DNA of 32,000 bases from Moraxella nasovis (GCF_022701215.1 NZ_CP089976.1:1290001-1322000); one strand, 5' to 3'. Shown: positions 12,386-21,830, numbered from the stretch's first letter. A program made the numbers and translations. Notes: a model not told the origin generated them from the letters alone.

Positions 12386-13612
12386 ATGACTTTATCATTA
12401 AATAAAGACAAAATCCGCTTCTTATTATTAGAAGGGGTGCATGACAATGCCCTAAAAGTGCTTAACGAAGCAGGATATACGAACATAGAATACATCAAAA
12501 CCGCCCTTGATGAAGATGAATTGATTGAAAAAATCAAAGATGCTCATTTTGTGGGGATTCGTTCACGCACTCAGCTGACCGCCAAGGTATTGGAATCTGC
12601 CGACAAGCTCATCGCCATTGGTTGTTTTTGCATTGGTACAAACCAAGTGGATTTACAGACGGCATTAAGGCTGGGTATTCCTGTGTTTAATGCCCCTTAT
12701 TCTAATACTCGCTCGGTGGCGGAGTTGGTGCTCGCTGAGACTATCATGCTCATGCGTGGCATTCCTGAAAAAAATGCAGTCGTGCATCGGGGCGGTTGGA
12801 ATAAGTCTGCCAAGAATAGCTATGAAGTGCGTGGCAAAACGATGGGTATCGTAGGTTATGGCTCTATCGGTTCGCAGTTGTCGGTGCTGGCTGAGAGTCT
12901 GGGTATGAAAGTAATTTATCATGACGTGATGACCAAATTGCCTTTGGGTAATGCCATGCAGGTTGGTAGTCTTGATGAACTGCTCGCCAAAGCTGATGTG
13001 GTCACCCTACACGTGCCTGATTTGCCCAGCACTCGTGGCATGATGACCAAGCAAGAATTTAATCAAATGAAAAATGGGGCGTTTTTTATCAATGCGGCTC
13101 GTGGTGGCTGTGTGGTGATTGAAGATTTGGCGGATGCTTTGTCAAGTGGTAAGCTCTTAGGTGCGGCGATAGACGTGTTCCCCAAAGAGCCAAAATCGGC
13201 AGATGAAGAGTTCAGCTCACCGCTTAGAGCTTTTGATAATGTGATTTTAACCCCCCATGTCGGTGGCTCAACCCAAGAAGCCCAAGCGAATATCGGTCTA
13301 GAAGTTGCTGAAAAATTCGTCAAATATTCCGACCAAGGCGACACCACAAGTGCGGTGAATTTTCCGAACGTGTCTATTCCTTTTACCGAAGGCACACATC
13401 GCTTGCTACATATTCACCGCAACGTCCCTGGTGTGCTATCACAAATTAACGCATCATTTGCCGATGCAGGGATTAACATCATGGCTCAATCTTTGATGAC
13501 TCGTGATGATGTGGGTTATTTGATGATGGACGTGGACGATAATGATTCTGCTCAGGCAATGAAGCGACTGCGTGCTGTACCCGAAACACTTCGTGTGCGT
13601 GTGCTGTTCTGA
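12386..13612 (+). CDS. serA: D-3-phosphoglycerate dehydrogenase (with C-terminal ACT domain)
   Basis: 408 aa, colinear with E. coli SerA as I recall it ('KIRFLLLEGVH', 'IGCFCIGTNQVDL', 'PVFNAPYSNTRSVAEL', 'LTPHVGGSTQEAQ'). Confidence 0.95.
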   Translation: MTLSLNKDKIRFLLLEGVHDNALKVLNEAGYTNIEYIKTALDEDELIEKIKDAHFVGIRSRTQLTAKVLESADKLIAIGCFCIGTNQVDLQTALRLGIPVFNAPYSNTRSVAELVLAETIMLMRGIPEKNAVVHRGGWNKSAKNSYEVRGKTMGIVGYGSIGSQLSVLAESLGMKVIYHDVMTKLPLGNAMQVGSLDELLAKADVVTLHVPDLPSTRGMMTKQEFNQMKNGAFFINAARGGCVVIEDLADALSSGKLLGAAIDVFPKEPKSADEEFSSPLRAFDNVILTPHVGGSTQEAQANIGLEVAEKFVKYSDQGDTTSAVNFPNVSIPFTEGTHRLLHIHRNVPGVLSQINASFADAGINIMAQSLMTRDDVGYLMMDVDDNDSAQAMKRLRAVPETLRVRVLF

Positions 13613-13649
13613 TTGACAAAAATCGCAAAACCCAATCTTTATCTTTAAT

Positions 13650-13687
13650 AAAACAAAACTGCCTAATTTTGGCGGTTTTGTTTTTTG
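13650..13687 (+). terminator. Rho-independent terminator after serA
   Basis: 9-bp stem aaaactgcc/ggcggtttt (one G-U pair), 7-nt loop, then GTTTTTT. Confidence 0.6.
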
Positions 13688-13744
13688 TGGTACAATGTGT
13701 ATTAGTTTTTTTATTATTGATTAGTAATTATTGTTGGAGTTAGT

Positions 13745-15112
13745 ATGACCAGACATTTTGATTATATCGCCATCGGTGGCGGTAGTGGCGGTATCGCATC
13801 TATTAACCGTGCTGCCATGTACGGCAAAAAATGTGCCATCATTGAGGCACGCCATGTGGGTGGTACTTGTGTCAATGTGGGTTGTGTGCCAAAAAAGGTG
13901 CTGTGGCATGGGGCGAGCATTGCTGAGACAATCCATGAGTTTGCAAAAGATTATGGTTTTGATTTGACGCTAAATCACTTTGATTTCAAAAAATTGGTTG
14001 AAAATCGTGAAGCGTATATCAAGTTTATTCATTCACGGTATTATCAAGGTTTTGATAAAAATGGCGTGGAGGTCATTCATGGTTTTGGTAAATTCCTTGA
14101 TAAAAATTCGGTAGAAGTTACTGATGAAGATGGTAAGACACAGATTATTACCGCAGACCACATTTTGATAGCCACAGGTGGCAGACCACATCGCCCAGAC
14201 ATAGACGGAGCGGAGCTTGGGATTGATTCTGATGGGTTTTTTGAACTCACCACCTTGCCAAAATCTGTCGCTATTGTCGGTGGCGGTTATATTGGTGTGG
14301 AATTGGCAGGCGTGATGAATGCCTTTGGTGTGCAGACTCATCTTTGTGTGCGAGGCGAGCGACCACTCAAAAACTTTGACAATGGCATTGTTGATGTACT
14401 GCTAGATGCCATGCAAGAGCAGAATATCACACTGCACACAAATAGCGAGCCTGTCCAAATTACAAAATCATCAAATGATTTGACTGTTACTTTTAAAGAT
14501 GGCAAGACATTGGAGGTAGAATGTCTGATTTGGGCGACAGGACGAGTGCCTGCCACCGATAAGATTGATATTGAAAAATCAGGCGTTAAATTAAACAATA
14601 AAGGACAAGTTATTGTTGATAAATTCCAAAATACCAATATAGAGGGCATTTATGCGGTGGGTGATATCATTGAAGGTGGTGTTGAGCTGACCCCTGTGGC
14701 AGTGGCAGCAGGTCGTCGATTGTCTGAAAGATTGTTTAATAACAAGCCTAATGAGCATTTGGATTATCAGCTGATTCCAACGGTGATGTTTAGCCACCCA
14801 CCAATTGGTACGATTGGACTAAGTGAAGAGCAGGCGATAAAGCAATATGGTAAGCAAGATGTGAAGATTTATTCATCAACTTTTACGCCAATGTATAGTG
14901 GTATTACTAGCCACAGAAAAAAATGCCATATGAAATTGGTGTGTGTGGGTGATGATGAAAAAGTCATCGGTCTGCATGGCATTGGTTTTGGTGTGGACGA
15001 GATGATTCAAGGTTTTGCCGTGGCAATGAAGATGGGGGCAACCAAGCGTGATTTTGATGATACAGTCGCCATTCACCCCACAGGTTCAGAAGAGTTTGTT
15101 ACCATGCGATAA
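13745..15112 (+). CDS. gor: Glutathione-disulfide reductase
   Basis: 455 aa, colinear with E. coli Gor: '[22 protein letters not shown]', redox-active '[13 protein letters not shown]', C-terminal '[16 protein letters not shown]'. Confidence 0.95.
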   Translation: MTRHFDYIAIGGGSGGIASINRAAMYGKKCAIIEARHVGGTCVNVGCVPKKVLWHGASIAETIHEFAKDYGFDLTLNHFDFKKLVENREAYIKFIHSRYYQGFDKNGVEVIHGFGKFLDKNSVEVTDEDGKTQIITADHILIATGGRPHRPDIDGAELGIDSDGFFELTTLPKSVAIVGGGYIGVELAGVMNAFGVQTHLCVRGERPLKNFDNGIVDVLLDAMQEQNITLHTNSEPVQITKSSNDLTVTFKDGKTLEVECLIWATGRVPATDKIDIEKSGVKLNNKGQVIVDKFQNTNIEGIYAVGDIIEGGVELTPVAVAAGRRLSERLFNNKPNEHLDYQLIPTVMFSHPPIGTIGLSEEQAIKQYGKQDVKIYSSTFTPMYSGITSHRKKCHMKLVCVGDDEKVIGLHGIGFGVDEMIQGFAVAMKMGATKRDFDDTVAIHPTGSEEFVTMR

Positions 15113-15130
15113 TCATCATGCCAATCAATA

Positions 15131-15167
15131 AAAAAACACCCTAAATCTGCTTTAGGGTGTTTTTTTT
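15131..15167. terminator. Bidirectional rho-independent terminator between convergent gor and dedA
   Basis: Perfect stem caccctaaa/tttagggtg, loop tctgc, flanked by an A run upstream and a T run downstream. Confidence 0.75.
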
Positions 15168-15296
15168 GCATAGAAAAAAGCAAAAAGCGATAAGTCAAAC
15201 CACACTTTTGCACTTGCCTTAGATTAGTACTGTGTCTGCAATGATTATAAGCATCAAAGACGCTTGGAATTTGGCGGTCTATGCAGTTGTTAATGA

Positions 15297-15929
15297 CTAA
15301 TGTTTGCCTTTTTGGTCAAAAAAGACGCTTTTAATTCTTAATGCAATGATGATGGCTGCAATGCTTAGTACGATTAATACGACCGCTTTACTGATGGGTG
15401 CGATAAAAGCTTCAACTGCTTCGTAATTTGCTCCAAGGACATAGCCTGAATAGGCTAAAATGGTGGTCCAAATTGCCGACCCGATGGCGGTCAGTACCAA
15501 AAATGGCAACATAGGCATGCGATTCATACCAGCAGGAATGGAGATTAACGAGCGAATGGCAGGAATCATACGACCAAAAAAAACCACTGCTTTGCCGTAT
15601 TTATTAAACCAAGATTGAGCGTTGATGACGTCATTTGGGGTGATAAGTAGATATTTGCCGTAGCGTTCGGTTAATATCAATAGGCGTTTTTCGTTAAAAA
15701 TCGTACCTAGATAATATAAAGGCAATGCTCCGATTAAAGAGCCTAATGTACCTGCAATGATAACAGCGATAAGGTCCATTCTCCCCATGGCGGCAGCAAA
15801 ACCTGCAGCTGGCATAATCAATTCGCTTGGAATAGGCGGAAAGACATTTTCCAAAAACATCATCAAAGCTACACCAAAAAGCCCAAGCTTATCCATGGTG
15901 ATAAGCACCCATTCGCTGATTTGATTCAT
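15297..15929 (-). CDS. DedA-family inner membrane protein
   Basis: 210 aa, multi-TM. DedA/SNARE-associated signature 'FLENVFPPIPSELIMPAAG' and 'GRMIPAIRSLISIPAG'. Begins 19 bp after the nagZ stop, so probably in an operon with it. Confidence 0.85.
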   Translation of the reverse strand: MNQISEWVLITMDKLGLFGVALMMFLENVFPPIPSELIMPAAGFAAAMGRMDLIAVIIAGTLGSLIGALPLYYLGTIFNEKRLLILTERYGKYLLITPNDVINAQSWFNKYGKAVVFFGRMIPAIRSLISIPAGMNRMPMLPFLVLTAIGSAIWTTILAYSGYVLGANYEAVEAFIAPISKAVVLIVLSIAAIIIALRIKSVFFDQKGKH

Positions 15930-15948
15930 GATAATTCCAAAAAAATTG

Positions 15949-17022
15949 TTAGGTTAAAAGGCGATACTCGGTGGGGTCTTTTTTGGTAATAGGGTAATTA
16001 TCAAAAAATGCCGCCGCGACACGGTTTTTGGCATCAAGCCAGCCATCAAACTGTAAGCAGGTGCTGTGTAAGTCGCCACGCCACTTCGGGATTTTTGCTT
16101 TCATGCGACTAAAGCGTGACTGTGATAGGCTTGGCAGGGTTTTGGCAAATGCGATAGCTTTTAGGGCGTCATCTCGACTGTTACACACAAGAGCCATGTC
16201 GCAGCCAGCATGAATGGCAGCTTGAACACGTTGCTCCACGCCCCCTGCCACATGAGCAGCTTTCATAGATAAATCATCTGAGAAAATGACGCCATTAAAA
16301 CCTAGTTTTTGTCTTAAGATGTCTTGTAGCCATACTGATGAGAACCCTGCAGGTTTGTCATCTACTTTACTAAAAATCACGTGAGCAGGCATAATAGCGT
16401 CAAGCATGGCAAGGTTTTTCATAAAAGGCACACCATCAACTGCCCAAATCTCATCAAAACTTCTGTCATCTACAGCACAAGCAACATGAGAATCTGGTGC
16501 AACTGAGCCATGACCTGGAAAGTGTTTGCCTGTGGTTGCCATGCCCGCTTTATGCATGCCTGCCATAAGCTGTGCTGATAACGCGATAATTATGTCTGTT
16601 TGCTTATGAAATGCTCTATCGCCAATCACAGCACTTACGCCATCAATGTCTAGCACAGGTGCAAAGCTAAAATCGACACCAACTGCAAGCACTTCGCATG
16701 CCATTAGATAGCCAACATCATAAGCCAGACTTAGGGCAGATTTGGGGTTTTGGTCATATCGTTTACCAAGCTCCCCCATTGCTGGTAAGGGCGAAAAACC
16801 ACGGCGAAAACGTGCCACTCTTCCGCCTTCTTGATCAGCGGCGATAACTAAGTTTGGATTGATAGCACGAATACTATCTGTGAGTGCTCGGACACTGTTT
16901 GGCGTATCGACATTGCGTGCAAATAAAATGATGCCACCAAGTTCGTCGTTTTGCAAGAATTGTACGTCTTTGGAATTTAGTGTGCATCCTTCGACGTCCG
17001 CCATGATGATGCCAGTTGCCAT
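15949..17022 (-). CDS. nagZ: Beta-N-acetylhexosaminidase (GH3, peptidoglycan recycling)
   Basis: 357 aa. Matches E. coli NagZ blocks 'DQEGGRV.RF', 'FAPVLD', 'KHFPGHG', 'AIMPAHVI', 'GVIFSDDLSM'. Confidence 0.9.
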   Translation of the reverse strand: MATGIIMADVEGCTLNSKDVQFLQNDELGGIILFARNVDTPNSVRALTDSIRAINPNLVIAADQEGGRVARFRRGFSPLPAMGELGKRYDQNPKSALSLAYDVGYLMACEVLAVGVDFSFAPVLDIDGVSAVIGDRAFHKQTDIIIALSAQLMAGMHKAGMATTGKHFPGHGSVAPDSHVACAVDDRSFDEIWAVDGVPFMKNLAMLDAIMPAHVIFSKVDDKPAGFSSVWLQDILRQKLGFNGVIFSDDLSMKAAHVAGGVEQRVQAAIHAGCDMALVCNSRDDALKAIAFAKTLPSLSQSRFSRMKAKIPKWRGDLHSTCLQFDGWLDAKNRVAAAFFDNYPITKKDPTEYRLLT

Positions 17023-17265
17023 ATCTTGCCTTATGCATTTGATGAATGATTTGTGTTAAGTTTAGTGTAATATTATGCCATGAATTTGATGTTTGTAACA
17101 GTAGGCTTTAGCATTTGCAAAGAATTTTACGTTAAAAACCTGCAAAATCCATACCCTCCTGACCACCTATTCCAGTCTAAAATGGACACCAATTCCAATT
17201 TAAAATGACCAGTCATTCCGGTGAATGCTGGTCATTTTAGCTGAGTCTCGATGATTATTGTAGTG

Positions 17266-18006
17266 TTAATTTATTGTGTGCGCTAATTTCTTCCGCATAG
17301 ATTCGCCTGCCAGTGCAAGCGGGTATGCTCGGTGAATGATGCGATCAAGCACAGCGTCAGCAATGGTTGCTTCAGGAAATAGTCCATGCCAAGCTGCGAC
17401 AGGGTATTGGCTAGTAATCAGCAAACCGCCAACGCTGGATTGCTTATCAATAATATCAAGCAACACAGGACATATCTGCGGTAGTAATTCACCAATGCCA
17501 AAGTCATCAATGATTAACAAATCCACCTTGCAGTATTTTTGCTTAACCTTGGCGATACTGCCATCGGCTATTGATAAGATAATATCTTCGTATAAATCAG
17601 CAGCTTGAACAAACATCACTTTTCTTAAGTTGCGACAAGCGTAATTGCCGAGCGCACAAGCCAGCCAAGTCTTACCAGTTCCTGTCGCACCCGTAATAAT
17701 GACACTTCGATGCCTATCTATCCATTCGCATTCTAAAACTGGCGAGAGACTGTCTGGACTGAGACGCCTACTATTATAATCTATATCTTCAACTCTAGCT
17801 TTGCTATAGCGAAACTTGGCGTTTTTAATCAATTTATTGATGTGATTATTGTGCCGACCATTGATTTCATGTTCAAGCATACCTTCAATCAGCTTTGTTG
17901 TGCTTATCTGTGGATTGCTTGGTGCCAGATAATGCACCTCATAATAGTTGGCAGCATGGCTAAGTTTTAGTTGTTTGAGTTTTAGGATAATGGTATTAAT
18001 TGTCAT
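17266..18006 (-). CDS. istB: IS21-family helper ATPase IstB
   Basis: I call the start at the ATG at 18006 ('MTINTIILKLKQLKL'), preceded by AGGAG (18014-18018), 10 bp after the istA stop. Walker A 'GATGTGKTW', Walker B 'LLIIDDFG'. The longer ORF-track version (to 18102) overlaps istA and I reject it. Confidence 0.9.
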   Translation of the reverse strand: MTINTIILKLKQLKLSHAANYYEVHYLAPSNPQISTTKLIEGMLEHEINGRHNNHINKLIKNAKFRYSKARVEDIDYNSRRLSPDSLSPVLECEWIDRHRSVIITGATGTGKTWLACALGNYACRNLRKVMFVQAADLYEDIILSIADGSIAKVKQKYCKVDLLIIDDFGIGELLPQICPVLLDIIDKQSSVGGLLITSQYPVAAWHGLFPEATIADAVLDRIIHRAYPLALAGESMRKKLAHTIN

Positions 18007-18016
18007 GTTTAATCTC

Positions 18017-19609
18017 CTAGCTTGCAATTTGGTTGATTTCATTGGCGTAATAATTTGAGCCACGAATGTTTTCGTGCGGTTGGTTTGAGGTGAATACAAC
18101 ATCCAAATCTTCCATGCTTGGCATGATTAGATGCTCTGTCTTTTGGTAAATTTTATTTTTAAATACCGAAATGATGCGGTCAACTGCACAGATATTGAGT
18201 CTTTGCGCATAGTCAAAACCTTGCTCTATCTGCATATTCGGCACTTTATGCTCAAGCAAATATCGCTTTAACTGATTGAGCTTTTTAAGATTATTGGCAT
18301 AGCCGGATTTGTTTTGCATAATCTTTTGAACCATATGAGCGGTTTGTTTGCCAATATTTTGTGCCCAAGCCAGTAATTTATCTGGCTGCATTTCATCTTG
18401 CAGCTGATGATTTCTTGGCATATGCTCATGTAAAATGCTATTACCTGTGGTAATGTGTTGATGTTCAGCGATGAGTTCGCGGTGTAGATACACCAATACT
18501 TTGTTATCTGTGAGTTTGACATCTACACGCTGACCTATAAACTGATATGGGACAGAATAGCTGGCATGTTCTAAAGTAATCATATAAAACTCGGTAACTT
18601 TAAGATTATAGAACCATTGGCATATTTCATACGCCTTGGCAGGCAACGGATTTAAAAACTGCTCATCAGTCTTGCTAAAACAAACATATCGACTCTCTGG
18701 GTAGCGTTTTGTTGTTTTGGTATTTAATTTGCAAAGCTCTTGTGAGAGTGTATGGTTTAGTTCATCCAAACTAAAAAACCGATGATTTCTTAATTTAGCC
18801 AAAATACCCATCTGAACAATTCGCACCGCCAGTTCTGCCATTGATTTGTCTTTTGGCTTGCGAGGTCGTGAGGGTGTAATAATAATGTCATAGTGATCTG
18901 CAAGTTCGCTATATGAGGGATTGATTTGAATATCTGTTGAATTGTGGCTAATCACTGCAGATTTTAAGTTGTCTGTGACCAGCTTGAGTGGCACACCACC
19001 AAAATACTCAAACATACGGATATGGCATAGCTGCCAGTCTTGTGCCTTTTGAGATGAGACGGCGGTACAATAGATATACCCAGATGCAGGCAGTATGGCA
19101 ACAAAAATCTCAGCTTCAACAATTACTGTGCCTGTGCGCTCATTATAAATAGGCACTTTGCGACCACAGAAGTCCACTTGCACCATTTCGCCAGCCTTAT
19201 AGATCTGTCGCTTACTCGGGCGGGAGGTTTTCTTGTATTTACGATATTGTTCACAAAACTGTGAATAGCCAATGCCGTCAGGATGTGTCTCCCTGAACTC
19301 TTGCCAAAGCAATTCAAGTGTCATGTCAGGGCGCGACATCTCTTTATCAATGTATGCCCAATCAGGATGTGTTTTGATGGATTTGATTTTGTGTGGGTTA
19401 TATACCTTGACCAAGCCCAAAAGCCTTCGCATTTCAACATCGTTTGTTGCTAGTATTTCATCAATACCAAGCATGCAGTTTTGATTGAGCTTGCGTATTT
19501 TGGCGACTGTGGTGGGTGAGATGCTTAGATGGCGAGCGATGGCTCGGTTGCTTACGCCCTGATCGATTTGCTTTAGTGCAGCACGGATGGTTTTATTATC
19601 TATGTTCAT
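18017..19609 (-). CDS. istA: IS21-family transposase IstA
   Basis: 530 aa. N-terminal HTH ('GVSNRAIARHLSISPTTVAKI') followed by a DDE integrase-like core ('QVDF...', 'LVTDNLKSAV'). Classical partner of IstB. Confidence 0.9.
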   Translation of the reverse strand: MNIDNKTIRAALKQIDQGVSNRAIARHLSISPTTVAKIRKLNQNCMLGIDEILATNDVEMRRLLGLVKVYNPHKIKSIKTHPDWAYIDKEMSRPDMTLELLWQEFRETHPDGIGYSQFCEQYRKYKKTSRPSKRQIYKAGEMVQVDFCGRKVPIYNERTGTVIVEAEIFVAILPASGYIYCTAVSSQKAQDWQLCHIRMFEYFGGVPLKLVTDNLKSAVISHNSTDIQINPSYSELADHYDIIITPSRPRKPKDKSMAELAVRIVQMGILAKLRNHRFFSLDELNHTLSQELCKLNTKTTKRYPESRYVCFSKTDEQFLNPLPAKAYEICQWFYNLKVTEFYMITLEHASYSVPYQFIGQRVDVKLTDNKVLVYLHRELIAEHQHITTGNSILHEHMPRNHQLQDEMQPDKLLAWAQNIGKQTAHMVQKIMQNKSGYANNLKKLNQLKRYLLEHKVPNMQIEQGFDYAQRLNICAVDRIISVFKNKIYQKTEHLIMPSMEDLDVVFTSNQPHENIRGSNYYANEINQIAS

Positions 19610-19854
19610 GAGAAATCCTCAATATATTTTATAATTAAAATTCTTTTTTGAGGATTGCAAAGCCCTATAGCACTTGACAAATCAAGTACCAGCAGGGATA
19701 ATAAGATGTCGGGTTTGGTTAACGACATCTTTATCGAAGCACTATCAATTGGCGTTGATAGTGCTTTTTCATTGCAATCGTATTATTATTGGCATCTGTA
19801 TTAGCTAAGGCCAGTGCATTATCCACTCCTTAATATTGTTTTAGTTGGTAAAAT

Positions 19855-19886
19855 CAGTAAAAAAGACACGCAAAAAAGCGTGTCTT
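19855..19886 (-). terminator. Rho-independent terminator of the 70-aa RHH gene
   Basis: Perfect 9-bp stem aagacacgc/gcgtgtctt with a 6-nt loop. On the - strand it is followed by TTTTTTACTG. It lies 4 bp after the stop of ORF 19890..20102. Confidence 0.7.
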
Positions 19887-19889
19887 GGT

Positions 19890-20102
19890 TTATAAAGACA
19901 AGTGTTGTATTGATGCACCCAGCTGGGTGTCACAAACTGTTTTTGTGGTCTCGCGACGTTTTTTCTCTTCATTGATAAGTTTGGAGATAAAGCCTGAGAG
20001 CGACTGAAAATCCTGTGACGCTTGCTGTCTAGCCCATTCTTTAAGATCGTTGGGTAGTTTCACATTGGTTTGAGAAATATGATTTCTGTGTTGAGCAGGC
20101 AT
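19890..20102 (-). CDS. Small ribbon-helix-helix (Arc/CopG-like) DNA-binding protein
   Basis: 70 aa. 'TNVKLPNDLKEWARQQASQDFQSLSGFISKLINEE' fits the RHH pattern (beta strand, helix, helix). It has its own terminator and is divergent from a second RHH gene. Confidence 0.55.
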   Translation of the reverse strand: MPAQHRNHISQTNVKLPNDLKEWARQQASQDFQSLSGFISKLINEEKKRRETTKTVCDTQLGASIQHLSL

Positions 20103-20179
20103 TTTACACCATCCTTATAAAATAAAATTAAGTTTAGCATTAAAATAATCACAAATAAATTTAAAGCCAAATACTTTAT

Positions 20180-20302
20180 GTACCATTATATACTATTATA
20201 AATGTTAAATATACCATATTATACCAAATAATCGACCAAAAAGTGCACAATGTATCCCTTGCCAATTAAAAAACCCATGATTTTTCTATATAATACCGAA
20301 TA
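20180..20302. promoter_or_regulatory. Divergent promoter/operator region with four (A/G)TACC(A/G)WAT repeats
   Basis: GTACCATTAT (20180), ATACCATATT (20211), ATACCAAATA (20221) and ATACCGAATA (20293). The last abuts/overlaps a TATAAT at 20289-20294, 44 bp upstream of the 20338 ATG. Short repeats near helical phase are typical of RHH operators. Confidence 0.35.
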
Positions 20303-20337
20303 ACAACCAAATCGCATTACCCACGGAGTTACTCATT

Positions 20338-21297
20338 ATGGCTGGAGATATCCAAGTTAATTTGCGCATCCCGCCTGACCTTAAACAAAAGCTGCTGGAG
20401 CAAGCACAGTTTCATGGTCGTTCTTTAAATCTTGAAATGAACTATCGCTTGGTCAACTCATTCTCCACACCCAATGACAGCTATGCAGACATCATGCAAA
20501 AGCTAGATGAGATTGTTGCTCGCCATCATAAAACCAGGCGATTGAGTGCGGTTCAAGAACGATTAAACACAGCCTTATTTGAATTGAGCAAGGTGCCAAT
20601 GGTACGACAGCTATCGCCTGCGCGTATCGCTTATGATTTGGGTTATGAAAGAGCTGATGAAGTGATTCGTTGGTTTGATGGTGATCTTGAGCCAACTTTT
20701 ATACAGCTTAAACAACTGGCGGACTATCTAGGATGTGATGCCGAATGGCTAATGTTTGATGAAAAACAGCCTTATCCAATCAAAAACCAAGACATGAGCC
20801 GTTTTGATACCGTCCAGTCTATTGTGGAGTTTTGTTTTGAGCCGGAAGCGGGGTTTGATGCAGTTCAAAAGGTATTTTTTATTCGAAATGACAGTACTGC
20901 TGGTGATGTATTGATCATCAAGCAGTTTAGTCACAAGCATGCCCAGGTGTACACTACCAATATTCATCTTAGCAATGTGGTTGGTGCTACAGGTGCTAGA
21001 ATACAAGCTTTGTTTGTGTTGGCACTCAAAGATATTTGTAAACACGGTGAGTATAAACACCAAACCATGAGCTACTTATTTGACGCAGCTGTCTGTGAAC
21101 AGCTAAAACAAGGTATAGAGCATCCACTTAAGCTGACTGCACGAGCAGCCTTTACTCCCTGGATGGATGACATCTGGGATCGGTACATGTATGAAAAACA
21201 AGATGCAAATTACTACTGGCACGGCTATCGGGATGTCTGCTTTAGAGTGCAGGCATATATCAATGAAGATCCCAAGCTAAGAGACATGTATCCCTAA
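20338..21297 (+). CDS. Arc-type RHH + XRE-type HTH + unknown C-terminal domain protein
   Basis: 319 aa. Residues ~5-42, 'IQVNLRIPPDLKQKLLEQAQFHGRSLNLEMNYRLVNSF', match the Arc-like RHH pattern. Residues ~90-142, 'LSPARIAYDLGYERADEVIRWFDGDLEPTFIQLKQLADYLGCDAEWLMFDE', match the Cro/C1 HTH pattern. I do not recognise the remaining ~175 aa. GGAG RBS. Confidence 0.6.
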   Translation: MAGDIQVNLRIPPDLKQKLLEQAQFHGRSLNLEMNYRLVNSFSTPNDSYADIMQKLDEIVARHHKTRRLSAVQERLNTALFELSKVPMVRQLSPARIAYDLGYERADEVIRWFDGDLEPTFIQLKQLADYLGCDAEWLMFDEKQPYPIKNQDMSRFDTVQSIVEFCFEPEAGFDAVQKVFFIRNDSTAGDVLIIKQFSHKHAQVYTTNIHLSNVVGATGARIQALFVLALKDICKHGEYKHQTMSYLFDAAVCEQLKQGIEHPLKLTARAAFTPWMDDIWDRYMYEKQDANYYWHGYRDVCFRVQAYINEDPKLRDMYP

Positions 21298-21320
21298 ACC
21301 GCTTGATCAAGAATAAAAAA

Positions 21321-21342
21321 CCACCATCAAAAAAGATGGTGG
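21321..21342 (-). terminator. Hairpin that looks like a minus-strand terminator
   Basis: Perfect 8-bp stem ccaccatc/gatggtgg with loop aaaaaa. A T run follows only on the - strand (TTTTTTATTC). On the + strand it is followed by CGGGG. Confidence 0.4.
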
Positions 21343-21491
21343 CGGGGTTGGGATTGGTTGGGTAGGTTTATGTCTTAGCACAAACTACAGACCCTTGCTT
21401 TGCTGGTGCATGGGTGTGACATGTGCTTTATGCTGACACATATGAGTATGTCTGTCATCGGCTATTGCATTAACTAGAATGTGGATATCCA

Positions 21492-21704
21492 TCAGGGGTA
21501 ATGAGAGTTTGAAGTGGGTAGGGGTGCAATACGCCAGTGAAATGGTTTAGATTGGTGGTGCGCTGTGCACACCCTACTGTACTGATGGGCGATCTGTTCA
21601 GGGGTATTGGCATAAGCTGAACAGCATAAAGTCAAAGAGACGGCTAGTGCCAATCGTGTTGGTAAGGATGCAATGCTGTAAGATGCGTGGTTGGTGTGAG
21701 TCAT
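21492..21704 (-). CDS. Hypothetical small exported protein (weak call)
   Basis: 70 aa with a signal-peptide-like segment 'LPTRLALAVSLTLCCSAYA'. No recognisable family and no strong RBS. Confidence 0.25.
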   Translation of the reverse strand: MTHTNHASYSIASLPTRLALAVSLTLCCSAYANTPEQIAHQYSRVCTAHHQSKPFHWRIAPLPTSNSHYP

Positions 21705-21771
21705 GGCGTATCTCTTTTTTGGGTTTGGAGGTAGGGTTAGCCTTTAAGGGTTTAGCAAATCAAAATCAAAC

Positions 21772-21830
21772 AATTCAATGGGTTATGCCATAAATGCTGG
21801 GTTACGCTGTCGCTAACCCAGCCTACGGGC
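21772..21830. repeat. Cassette-junction element, copy 3 (downstream of cdiI-3)
   Basis: AATTCAATGG-N10-AAATGCTGGGTTACGCTGTCGCTAACCCAGCCTACGGGC. It contains a perfect 9-bp inverted repeat GCTGGGTTA/TAACCCAGC. It lies 30 bp beyond the cdiI-3 stop. Confidence 0.8.

Larger units (their letters stand above)
17222..19825 (-). mobile_element. IS21-family insertion sequence (istA + istB); termini approximate
   Basis: Typical istA/istB tandem with a 10-bp gap. Candidate imperfect terminal inverted repeats start TG and end CA: TGAATGCTGGTCATTTTAGCT at 17222, versus the reverse complement of AGCTAAGGCCAGTGCATTATCCA ending at 19825. There is an internal second copy of the motif at 19678-19697 (CTGCTGGTACTTGATTT on the - strand). 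This gives a length of ~2.6 kb. I could not identify a target-site duplication, so the exact ends are uncertain. Confidence 0.75.

Noticed and set aside
12334-15076. Small ORFs overlapping serA and gor on either strand (e.g. 12334..12537 -, 13063..13395 -, 13758..13967 +, 14338..14649 -)
   Set aside because: All are embedded in well-supported conserved genes and have no independent support.
17266-18102. 278-aa version of istB starting at 18102
   Set aside because: It would overlap the end of istA by 86 nt. The ATG at 18006 has an AGGAG RBS and gives the usual IstB length of ~246 aa.
21400-21470. Cluster of TGACA-containing imperfect palindromes (tgctgacacatatgagtatgtctgtca) downstream of the small 70-aa ORF
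   Set aside because: The arms are imperfect and there is no adjacent gene start to regulate. I cannot distinguish it from chance.
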